Below, in pieces: positions 1 to 10,599 of a DNA stretch of 23,477 nucleotides. The notes under the pieces were generated by a model. That model was not told the origin of the DNA and did no database searches. It saw only the letters and a list, made by a program, of their open reading frames with translations. The stretch is from the NCBI RefSeq assembly GCF_004010195.1, contig NC_057753.1, positions 6,789,894 to 6,813,370 on the forward strand, written 5' to 3'. Position 1 is the stretch's first letter; every line of letters starts with the position of its first letter. The position numbers and the translations under genes were made by a program. This DNA is from Chiloscyllium plagiosum (taxonomy: Eukaryota).

Positions 1-2105
1 AAGCGCTGAGCATTGCAACGGCACACAATATACTTTGGGTGGGGCATTTTAATGTCCAACAAAAAGAGTGTCTCGAGTACTGCAGACTGAGTTGCTCAGG
101 TCGGAAAGAATTTAACTACTAGACTGGATTCTCAGCAAATGATGACGGAGCCAGCAAGAATGAAAAAAAAACATGCTTGACCTCATTCTTACAAATCTGC
201 CCGCTCCAAATGCATCGCTACCTTACAGTATCGTAAGAGTCACTAGCGCACAGTCCTTGTGGAGATGAAGACGCGCCTCAACTTTGAGAATAATCTCTCT
301 TGACTTATGTTGCATGATCATTCTGCTAAAATGGGCAGACTTCGAACATATCTGCCAACCTAAGTCTGGGCATCAATGAAGTGCAGTGGTCCATCGATAA
401 CAACAGAACTTCACTCAGCACAAACATGGTCCTGCATACCCCCCATTCAACTATACATAGAGGCGGTCAACCGTGGTAATGGAGAATGCAGGACAGCGGG
501 CATGGTGCAGCACGAAGCATAACAAAAAACTGAAATGTCGATCTGGGAAAGCGACCAAATAACACTACTCTCATATCAGACTTTATAAGCAGCAAGTGGT
601 AAACAGAGGTAAACGATCCCACAACCAACAGATCAGATCGAAGATCTGCAGTTCTCCCACATTCATTCATGAATGGCGGTGGATGATTAACCAACTGACT
701 GGAAGAGGAGGGTACACAAATCTTTTCATCCTCAATGATGGAAGAGAGCAGCACATCAGTGAAAAGGATGTGGCTGAAGCTTTCACACCAAACATAGCTC
801 ATAATTTCGAAGTGGATGAGCCTTTTCTACATTCTCCAGTGTTCCATAACATCACAGATACGAGTATCCAGGTAATTAGATTCAGTCCACGTGAACCGGT
901 TGAAGATACAGATGGTTGCAAAGGCAACAGTCCCTGATAACAATCCAGCTGTAGTAGTTGCCGGTTTGTGCTCCAGAACTTGCCACTCCCACAACCAAAC
1001 TCTTCCAGTCCAGTTAAAATAGGGGCATCTGCCTGATATTTTGGAAAGCTACCCAGCTGTGTCCTATGCATAAAAAAATCATGACAATTTCATTCTAGCC
1101 ATTAATCGCCCATAACTGCAGCCTCTCAATCATCAGTAAAGTGATGGAAGTTATTATCAACAATGTCACCAAGCAACAACTGGATCAGAAATAATTTGGT
1201 GGATGATATCGAGTTTCGTTTCCACCGAGACTACTTAGCTCGTGACCTCATTGTAGTCTTGGTTCAACAATGGGAAGACAGCTGAAATCCAGAGGTGAGG
1301 TGAGAGTGACAGCCCTTGATATCAAGCCTGCATTCGACCGAGTGTGATATCAAGGAGCCTCATCAATATGGGAACCACTCAGTACCAGAGGGAAACCACT
1401 CCACTGTTTGCAGCCATACTTGGCATGCAGTAAAGATGGTTGAGGTTGTTGGAGGTGAGTCATCTCAACTCCAAGACATCTCTGCAGGAGTTCCTCATGT
1501 CACTGTCCTTGGCCCAACTATTCACAGATGTTTTATCAATGACCTTCGCTGCAGCATAAGGTCAGAAGTGGGAATGTTCGCTTATGTTTGAAAACGTATT
1601 CATCGTCGTTCACGACTCCTCTAAGTAGTGCACGTTCAAATGCAACAGAATCTGGACAACACCCAGGCTTGGGCTGACAACTGGCAAATAAGATTCACGC
1701 TGCACAAATGCTAGGCTGTGACCATCACGAGTAAGATACACTCGAACCACTACCCCATCAAATTTAATGGTCCTACCATCAGTGAATTCCTCATCATCAA
1801 TACCCTGAAGAATAACATTGATCAAAAGCTCACCTAGACTCGGGATATAAATGCAGTGGCAACAACAGTATGTCAGAATCAAGGAATACTGCAGCAAATA
1901 ACTCAGCTTCTGACTCCCCATGCTTTTCCACCAGCTGCAAAGCATAAGTTAGGAGTGTGATTGAGCATTCCCTCCTTTCCTTGATGCGTGTGTCTCCAAC
2001 AAGACTTAAGAAGCTTAAAACCATTCAGAGAAAAACAGTCCGCTTGATTGACAGATCATCCACAAGCAATGAATTCCCCGAGCACTGACATTCAGTAGCA
2101 GCAGC
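1..2105 (+). mobile_element. Decayed non-LTR retrotransposon (APE endonuclease + RT LINE, CR1/L2-related group, 'family A'); 5' part lies outside the window
   Basis: Endonuclease remnant ILWVGHFNV at ~30-56. RT remnants VRVTALDIKPAFDRV* (~1300-1347), SAGVPHVTVLGPTIHRCFINDL (ORF 1316-1591) and a degenerate GMFA(DD) at ~1571. Many stops and frameshifts. Colinear with the copy at 2620-5640. Confidence 0.88.
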
Positions 2106-2620
2106 TTGGCTGGGGAGTGGCAGGTTCTGGAGCACAAACCGTCAGTACTATTGCTGGTAAGCTTTTAGGCCCCGTTGTCTTTGCAGTCATCTGTATCTTC
2201 AACCGTGTCTAGATATCAGGTGGAGTGAATCGAATTGTCTGAAGGCTGGTATTTTTATTGCTGTGGACCACAAGAGAGAGCCTGGAAGAATCATTCACTC
2301 AGCACTTCTAACTGTAGATTGCTCTGAAGGCTTCTTCCTTACCTTCTTCACTGTTGTGCTGGTCTCTTTCGTCATTGAGGATGGGGATATTTCTGGAATC
2401 TCCTTCCCGGTGAGTTGTTTAATTGTCTGACACAATTCACGAATGGAAGTAGCAGGACTGTGGAACTTGGATCAGATCCGTTGGCTGTGGCTTCGCTGTG
2501 CTCTGTCTATCCCTTGCTCCTTATGATGTTTGCCATGTAAGTAGTCTTGTTCTGTCACTTCGCCAGCTTGTCAGCACATTTTGTGGTATGCTTGGTGCTG
2601 CTCGCGGCACGCTCTACTGA
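2102..2620 (-). mobile_element. Inverted internal fragment of family A LINE
   Basis: Reverse complement aligns by eye with ~490-1000, e.g. ggtttgtgctccagaac.tgccactccc, ggttgaagatacagat, atcctcaatga and cacagccaacggatctgatc versus cacaaccaacagatcagatc. Confidence 0.85.
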
Positions 2621-5600
2621 TGACCATCAAAGCATTGACAATTGTCAGGAAAAAAACAGAGAAGGAAAGCTAGTCTTTACCTGACCTGGCCTGTATGTGG
2701 TCCAGATCCACAGTAATATGGTTGACTTTGAACTGCCATATGAAGTAGTCTCGCAAGCCACTCCGTTTTATCAATCGCGACTAAGTCTCAACAATGGAAT
2801 GAAACCGAATGCAACACCTGCCATTTGTTCAAGCTGTGGGAAAGATAATAACAGATGCAAGCCTGCAAACGTTGCCATGTTACCAGCATCTGGGGACTCG
2901 TGCCAAAATTGAGACAGATATCTTACAGTCTAGTTAAGCAACAGCCTAACTTGGAAGTACTCCCGGAATCATACTTTATAGACAATGTTCTAGACACCAC
3001 CATCACCATCCCTGGTCATGTCCTGCCCTAGAGACAGGATGGACCCAGCAGAGATGGTGGCAGAGTGGTATACAGTTGGGTGTGTTGACTTCGGATCCTG
3101 GAATATTGATTCCAAATGCCAGAATTTTCATGGTTTCAGGATAACAATGGGAATGAAACATCCTCCAGTTTGCCCTGAAATATCATCGCTTCGCAGTTGA
3201 ATTTGTAATCTTCTGTGGCGAGCAGCACTTGGAAGAAGCACAGAACATGGTAAAGGCACAAATTATCTTGATTGGTGTAGGTTTCGATGTATGAAAGCAG
3301 GAGTGGCTCTGTAGCAGCAGGACTAATCCAGTTGCTCGGGGTATAATGAACAGAGCTGTTAGACTGGGTCTGCAGCAAGTGGTGGTAGAACTAACAGGAG
3401 GGAAAAACACACTTAACATCATCCTCACTAGTCTGCTAATAATAGACTCATTTGCACATTACAGTATCAGTAACACGTATCACCACACAGTCCGCATGGA
3501 GAGAAGTCTTGCCTTCACAGTAAGAGACGCTCCATAGTGTAATGTGGCATTTTATACATGCTAAATGGGACAAACTTCAGATAAATTTAGCAACTCAAGA
3601 CTGAACATCTATGACGTGCTGTGGCCCATCCACATCAGAAGAATTGTATTCGAACATAATCTTCAACATCATAGCCCAGCAAGTCGCCATTCAGTCATTA
3701 CAATTAAGCCAGGGGATCAATACTGGTTCAATGAAAAGTACGAGAGGACATGCCAGGAGGAGTACGAGGAATAACTATAAGTGAGATGTCAACTTCATGA
3801 AGTTACCAAGGAGGACTACTTACATGGCAAACAGCATAAGAAGCAAGTGACAGAAGTACAAAGTGATAAGAAGCAACTAATCCCATAAACAATGGTTCAA
3901 ATCTAAGCTCTGCAGACACATTCAGTCTAGAATGGTGAGGGAGAAATAAGCAATTCACCGAAGGAGGAAGAAGCTCCAGACATATTCCCATCCTTGTTGG
4001 AAGAAATATCCAACATATCAATGTAAAAGATAAGGATGAATCATTTGCAGAAATCGTCAGCCCGAAGTGCTGAATGAATTATGCATCTCTGCCTCGTCCA
4101 GTTGTTCCCAGCATCACAGATACCAGACTTCAGCAATTCTATTCACTGCAATTAAACTCCAGAAACGGCTTGAGGTCCTAGATATTACAAAGGCCATGGA
4201 TTCTGACAGCATTCTGGCAATAGCACTGAAAATTGTGCTTCAGAAACTGCTTGCTAAACTGTTCTAGTACAGGTACAACATTGGAACGTGCCAAACAATG
4301 TGGAAAGTTGGTCAAGAATGTCTTGAACACAAAAAGCAGGACGAATTCAACGTGGTCGATTGCCGCCCCAAAAGTCTATTCTCAATCATGAGTAAAATGA
4401 TGGAACGTGCTCAGCAATAATCTGCCTACTCACGCCCAATGGAGGTCCGCCAGACCCACGATCCCGCCTAATTCCAGATTTCTTTAAAACATGGAAAAAA
4501 ACCTGCTGAAACCATTTTGTAAGGTGAGAATGAAAGCCCTTGAAATCAAAGCTGCATTCGACTGAGTTTGGCATCAAGGAATGTTCGCTAAATTGCAATC
4601 AGTGTATATCAGGGGACAAAATCGTCGCTGGCTGAATTCATAGCTGGCACCTATGGAGATAATCATTGGTGTTGGAGATTAGTTAACTCAGCTCCTGGGC
4701 CTCTCTGTACGTGTACTCCAGAGTATTGTCATCGGCCAACCATGTTTAACCACTTCATCAACAGCTTTCCTCTGAAGTGGGAACGTTCGCTGATGATTGC
4801 ACAATTTTCAACATCATTTACGACTCCTCAGATACTGAAGCAGTCCATATTCAAATGCAAAAGGTTCTAGACAATATAGTGGCACAGACTGACGAGTCGC
4901 AAGGAACTTTTGCATCACAACAAATGCCAGGCAATGATCATCTCTAATTCCAGAAAATCTAATCACTGTACCTTGGCATTCAATGGTCCATTACTGAATC
5001 CGCATCGCCATCATCTTGGGGATTACCATTCACCAGAAACTCAATTGTACTCGCCTCATAAACACAGTGGCTCCAACAGCAGACCAGAGGCTCAAACTAC
5101 TGTGGCAAGTAGTCACATTCAGACTCTCCAGACACATCCACTATGTATATGGTACAAGCTTTGTGAAGTAATAATCCCGATTTTCTGTTTGGTTCAAAAC
5201 CAACATCACTCAGCAATATTTATATCACTCTGGACAAAGTAACCTACTTGATTGGTACCATGTGCACAAGCATTCCCTCCGTCCACAACTAAAGCTCAGT
5301 TGCAGCAATGTTTACTGTCGACACAATGGACTGCACAAGATCCTTAGCCAGCATCTTCCATACCCATGGCCGCTTCCATCGAGTAGGACGAAGGCAACAG
5401 AGACATGTAAACACCTGCAGTACTCATCCAATCCAATTCCTATTCTTTCACTGGCGGTGGGTCAAAATCTTGGAATTCACTCTGTAACGGCATGTGTCGG
5501 TCAAGTCACTGCACATGAACTGCAGCACTTTAAGAAAACAGTTTACCCTACCCTCTCAAGAGCAACTGGCGATAGGGAATTGCAATGCCACTTCTAACCG

Positions 5601-5640
5601 ACAATCCCTGCATTCCACCAATGCTTTTTTTTAAAAAAAA
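2620..5640 (+). mobile_element. Near full-length decayed family A LINE (5' leader, endonuclease-RT remnant, 3' tail)
   Basis: Endonuclease N-terminus IWGLVPKLRQISYSLVKQQPN...ESY (~2888-2975) and TITIPGHVL...RQDGPSRDGG (~3000-3062). RT remnants ALEIKAAFD*VWH (~4536-4575) and GTFADDC (~4780-4800). The 3' end finishes in T/A runs at ~5625-5640. Homologous to 1-2105. Confidence 0.88.
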
Positions 5641-6698
5641 GTACAAAATAAGCTCTGTGATTTTGTGTTGAGAGCAGACGTAAATCTGTGTATGAAGCTA
5701 TTGTATCATCAAATAACTAATTCTTTGCATTTAGAGATTCCAAATTGCACAAACCTTTCAACTGATTAATTATTTCCACCTTCAACTGAATCGCACAATG
5801 TATAAATCTCAACAAAGTGACAATAACATATTAAATTAAGCAGGAAACAAGGACAATATGTTATAGATCCACGTTGTATTTGAAATAATAGTGTGATCAC
5901 GTTGCAAATTAACAGTAAGCAAAATACCAGTTATTGCATATTCAATTGCTGATAATATCACGAATTCAGACATCGACATTGTTGTAATAAGAAAGTAGAT
6001 TGATATTTGTACTGTGATAATATTATGATAAAACTCCGTTTGTGATATAGCCAATAGCTCAATAGATTCATATGTGTAGAATTATGACAGTTCGATCAAT
6101 CGACATGTATATCAGCATCAAGTACATAATACGATTCAAATTAACCTGTGTTAGTATGTTAATAGTCTCTCCAATGCAAATTGCATGACAAAGCTACTTT
6201 TACAACATAATCTGACGAATGTAATAAATTGACTGACTGAACAGAGCATTGTCACTTCCAGAGTAGCATTCCACTATTCCCAGAACAATAGTAAGACAAA
6301 TTTCTTTGTGAAGGAGAAGTAGCAGTAGCAGTAAATGAGATATAATGCACTATTAATATAATAAAATGCAAAATTGTGTATGGGTTGAAATTATCAAGGA
6401 AACATTTGGACGTAGTTTGTCAAAATGTAGACTTCAAATGTTAAAAGAGGAAATCAAAACATTCTAATGGTCAGAAGACATCAATACCTTTAATGCTGAA
6501 TTAACTGCCTTGAAGTAGGAAATCTACACTGTAAAATAAGGAGAATTAAGCCAATTAAAGAAAACAGACATTGAAAAGGAGGCAAACGAATAGCAACGCA
6601 TTTTTTTGCTTTTAAATTCTGTAGCGAGAGCAGTACTGGGAGAATCGCTGCAGCTCAACATCATTTCATGCTGATAATCTCTAACTTCCACAATTTAC

Positions 6699-6768
6699 CT
6701 GGAATTCCCGCAGCTGCAATGAAAGGATAGTAAATGGCAAACACCAGTCCCTTTGGTATTCCGTGCAT
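6699..6768 (-). CDS. Exon 1 of a second GPR139-like class A GPCR paralogue (MHGIPKGLVFAIYYPFIAAAGIP, phase-1 donor); exon 2 not within the window
   Basis: Reverse complement reads ATG CAC GGA ATA CCA AAG GGA CTG GTG TTT GCC ATT TAC TAT CCT TTC ATT GCA GCT GCG GGA ATT CCA G|GTAAAT. Same 70-nt length, phase and donor context as exon 17569-17638. 52/70 nt and 15/23 aa identical by hand count. Confidence 0.88.
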
Positions 6769-6814
6769 TTCAATCAAAGGATCGGAGCACCTTGGGCAAG
6801 TAATTGAAGAACGT

Positions 6815-6890
6815 TTGCAATTATACTTGATGTCAGTCCCCAGGAAATAATTAGATGACGTTTTTCGCTGTAATTATTACCTAAAAACAG
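6815..6890 (-). promoter_or_regulatory. Putative proximal promoter of the minus-strand GPCR paralogue (TAATTA 6848-6853, O/E-like CCCCAGGAA 6838-6846, TATAAT 6820-6825)
   Basis: Aligns with the region upstream of the other paralogue: aaacg(tc)at.taattat..cctg......atca.gtataa.tg. Motif spacing and distance to the ATG are similar. Confidence 0.55.
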
Positions 6891-7075
6891 ATTGGTACGT
6901 CGATTTCTCATCAGTGTTTTTTTTCTCTCTGAATAGTTTAAAATAGCATGTTTTTTCTTCAATGAGGTCTGATTTGTTTCTGAAGTGAAGTGCCAACACA
7001 CTACAAAAACATCAGAAACATGTTTCTCACCAAAAAAAGAATGCTGACCTGAACTGTAACGTCGTTGAGAGAACA

Positions 7076-7121
7076 ACACACAGACACATACACACACAGG
7101 CACAAACACACACACACACAC
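7076..7121. repeat. Imperfect (CA)n microsatellite
   Basis: acacacagacacatacacacacaggcacaaacacacacacacacac. Confidence 0.9.
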
Positions 7122-7639
7122 TCGTTGAACAGAACAGTCATGTTTTTGTTCATGTCAACTATATACAGCTAGATTTCATGCCTAAATGTGTATACATGTC
7201 CAAGTCCGTCCAGTTGTATTAAACGTAGGTAGCTCTTGTATGGCACTCTCATATTCAACATGATCTTGCCCAGAACAGGACAAATACACGAGGTGTGCTT
7301 TTACCCTGTTCATTTTATGTGTCAATTCACTGCAAACCAACTTCATTCAAGAAATTTACATTCTGCAATTAGTTTCAGATTCGACGTTTCTATTCCCTAT
7401 TGGAGCAGATTCATTCTAATAGCATTCAGATTAGGAAGCTTCAACGTTGCTGCAATCCATGAGTTCCCATCTCAATTGAGTCGCTATTTTTGTATGGTAA
7501 TCATTTTTGAACATTCATCTCTCATGTTAGGTTATTTAAATATGAACCACTAGCTAATAGAGAGGTGTTAACTAAACTTTCTGCTTGTTCAACTCAGTTT
7601 AATAGTCCAACAAATACAAAGAAAGCAGGAGAAACATAG

Positions 7640-7905
7640 AATTTCTGAAAAAGAGTCCGGGTGGATGTCATACCAGAAGCATCAGCTCTGTTTCTCTTTC
7701 CAAAGACGGCAGCGGCCCTGTTGAGTTTAGCCAGTATTTTTCCAACTTTGTTTCAGATTTCGAGCATCTGAATTGATTTGGTTTTATTAAAATATGAGTG
7801 ACTATACCGAGATGATTTTTCCTCAAATTTTTCATGTCCGGCCAGACCAGCCAATGTTCTCCAGCATTACCTGTTTCTGTTTCAGATATCTAACATCTGC
7901 CTTAC
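7640..7905. repeat. Two decayed copies of a short interspersed repeat (ctctgtttctct...cagcatt...tgtttcagattt..agcatctg)
   Basis: 7640-7790 and 7840-7905 share ccag.att....tgtttcagat.tc.a.catctg. Related sequence, partly in the opposite orientation, occurs at 9535-9680 and 20085-20265. Confidence 0.55.
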
Positions 7906-8234
7906 TTGTTCCTCTATATTTAAAAAAAAAGCCCCTGCAGCTGGGCAGTGCGTTGTCGGTCTCCTTTTAAAGCAAAGATGTTCAAGACTTTCACTGAAGA
8001 TTCTCTTTATTTTCAGGGAACAAAGCCTTGTCACATGAAGACACCTTTGGACAATACACATTTGGAGTTTGTAATAACGAACTGTGATCCCATTGACGCA
8101 CAACATCTCCCGACGAGACATAAAGGTCCATAAACTGGCAGGATGTTTGCACTTGTAGCTCAATGTTGTTTCGAAAACGCAGCTAAAGAACAAAAAGTCG
8201 GCATTCAAGGTGGAGATCTGAAATATGGCGAAGA

Positions 8235-8720
8235 AAACAAGGAGTAACAGTTGGCTATTTGGCCTATCGAGCTTCATCTGACTAAATCTTCAAGGCTACT
8301 TTCATGACTACCAAGATAACGCTTTGCCCCTCGCTTTACAAGAATCTATTTACCTCTTTTAAAAGAAAATCCAAGTGTTTGTTTCTTATACACTTTCAGG
8401 CAGAAAGCCCAGAACTTTAGGACCACTGAGATTAACTGATGTGCCATTTAAATTAGAAATAGGGAAAACCTTACTTCTACTAAATCACATTCAGTTCTAC
8501 ATCACCCTACGAGAGGAAGCATCGTTCCAACCTACCCTGTCACAGGATCTAATAAAGATATTTGAATCAAGTCACAAATTAATGCTTGTAACATAAAACG
8601 GTTAAGGGTCTAGCTTGTCCATTCTTTCTGATAAGACAATTCATCTATTTAATATATGAGCCTGGTACCCGTGTTTGAATGCATTTATATCCTTACGGAA
8701 GTGCCGAGTTAAATACTGTG
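8235..8720 (-). mobile_element. Old, decayed 3' end of a CR1-type LINE
   Basis: Begins aggagtaacagttggctatttggcctatcgagc...aagaatctatttacctct, resembling the reverse-strand 3' terminus of shark CR1 elements. Recalled similarity only. Confidence 0.45.
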
Positions 8721-9144
8721 GGAACACCAAAAATTACCTTGCTACTAATTTCTCGCTTCTCTCTTTTATTTTCACTGCTGCTCTTGCTCTTCTTAGTTCT
8801 GATTCCTCTGATTGATTTTATTACTACTATGGATCCTCTCCGTGTTCATTTCCTCTTCCTCCGTCTTTTCCTTGCCGCCGTTGATCTCCTTGTGTCCTCT
8901 TTATCCTATGGATAATGATCTCACAATGTCTCTAATTTGTGCAGCGCACTTCTCACAGCTGCAGGTCTCGGTGCCTCTGGATCTCTGCTCGCCGTCTTCC
9001 CAACTTCTCGCCACTGCTTTGAGTATCACTTCAGTCTTATTATTTCTGTACCACTGTTCGTCACTCACCCTCCATTGCTATGTACTCACTGCCAGACCGT
9101 TAACTGACACATCCACTCCCTAAAAACTGCACTTCTGGAATGTA

Positions 9145-10040
9145 GGTTTGTTCATATCAGCCCTTTCTTTAAGAAAGCTGACCAAGACGTTCAGGGAATT
9201 GCAAAAATCTAAGGCTAACACTTATAGTGGAAAAACCGATCAAATCAAAATATCTGTTAAACGGCATGGATTCATGAAGGGTAGATCATAATTGATAAAC
9301 ATTGTGGCACTTTTTGAACAGGTTGACATAGAGTGAACAGCGATACGCTGATCGATACTGACTGTATAGTCATCCAAAGGTTTTTCAAGCATTAATTATT
9401 TATTTATGAAGTATCACACAAGAGAATGTTAGAAAATGCAGAACCGCATGGAACTGGGGATAAATGATTGACATTAAAAGGAAATTGTTTGAATGCAGGA
9501 AACTGCCTGAATACTGGGCAAATATAATGACAAAAATCTGAAAATCAGATTTAAAAAATGCAGGGAAATCACTGCAAGAACTCAGCAGTTCTGTCAGCAT
9601 CTGTGGAAAGAGATCAGAGTGAATATTCCATAACTTGGTTCTGAATAAAGATACCCAGAACTGAAAAATTGAATCTAATTTACCCCCCCCCCCCCCGGAA
9701 TTTGGAGGTCTTCCATAAACATTTGTGGCATAATGGGTAAGTCACCGAATTGGTAAGATGTGACTCCTGGGGTCCAGCACGGATCTGCATTCTATCCTTA
9801 ATTATTCACAACGTTCTCGAAAGACTTGGATCTGCATAAATATTCATTGTCCAAATATGCTGAAGGCGCAGAATTGGAAAGTATTGACACCAGTGTTGAT
9901 GACTATATACTATTACACGAAGATTGATAGATTAGATGAATGGCCAAAGCTGTGGAAATGGAATTTCATATAGGTGATGTGAGGTTATCCAATTCCGTTT
10001 GAAGAAACATCAGCTACTTTTACAAGGGATATTTTTTTCT
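9145..10040 (+). mobile_element. Highly decayed CR1 RT fragment, interrupted by a short repeat at ~9535-9700
   Basis: Remnant motifs SPFFKK (~9158), HGFMKGRS*LINIVALFEQV (~9265-9325), GVQHGS (~9769), SKYAEG (FADD position, ~9850) and IDRLDEWPKLW (~9923-9955). Confidence 0.7.
9535..9682. repeat. Short interspersed repeat (actcagcag.tctg.cagcatctgtgga.agaga...ttctgaa)
   Basis: Same family as 7640-7790 (inverse orientation) and 20085-20265. Followed by a poly-C run at ~9683-9696. Confidence 0.55.
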
Positions 10041-10599
10041 TATAGAAAAGGATAGAGAAGGGCATAGAGATTTCAGTGAAACACATTCTGACAGAAATCG
10101 GCCTATTCCACAAGACTGAACAGTGAGGAACCCCTTTCCAGGTAATAAACAGGAGCAAAATCTTCCACTAAGGAGTGGCAGACAGTCTTCACTAAGGAGA
10201 GTTCTGGGACAAGTCATCTCAGTCACCACGACTGAAGAGAGCATCCAGAAAGAACCCCGCACCCTCCATCCCCCACCCCGCCCCGCCACCACCACTCCCG
10301 GGTGGTAAATCAGAGGAAGAGCATTCAAAAGAGAGCAGCAGAGAGACGTCAACGAGGAACATTATTGGAGAAGTTGGCTCAGTCAGGCAGAACCACGTAT
10401 CAAGGAAGAAACCAATGTCAGGTAATGGCAATCCCTAAAACCTACATGACTGTAGTTTTTCCATCCTTCCCTCCTCCTCCAACGATTTTTTTTAAAAGAG
10501 CAGGGAAAGATCAACATCGGCTGTTAGAAAGTTGTTTTTTTTTGTAGCCTCGAAGGTATTTGATCAGTTTGTAAAGATTACATTGTAATTTAAATAACT

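Noticed and set aside
467..5597. Numerous short ORFs as host genes
   Set aside because: All lie in decayed LINE copies and are either fragments of endonuclease/RT frames or off-frame and antisense noise.
5836..6054. Hydrophobic minus-strand ORF as exon 2 of the minus-strand receptor
   Set aside because: No GPCR motifs (no xN start, AxxD, DRF or NPxxY). AT-rich composition explains the hydrophobicity.
6699..6768. Alternative first exon splicing to exon 2 at 21038 (variable-first-exon system)
   Set aside because: It is on the opposite strand and points away from that exon. A separate paralogous gene is the simpler explanation.
8679..9123. Leu/Ser-rich ORFs resembling membrane proteins; CSCEKC on the minus strand
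   Set aside because: Pyrimidine-rich composition bias. The resemblance to a CR1 ORF1 zinc finger is too weak to call.
10161..10199. Direct repeat tctt(c)cactaaggag x2
   Set aside because: Only two short units, consistent with a local duplication. Not an array and not CRISPR-like.
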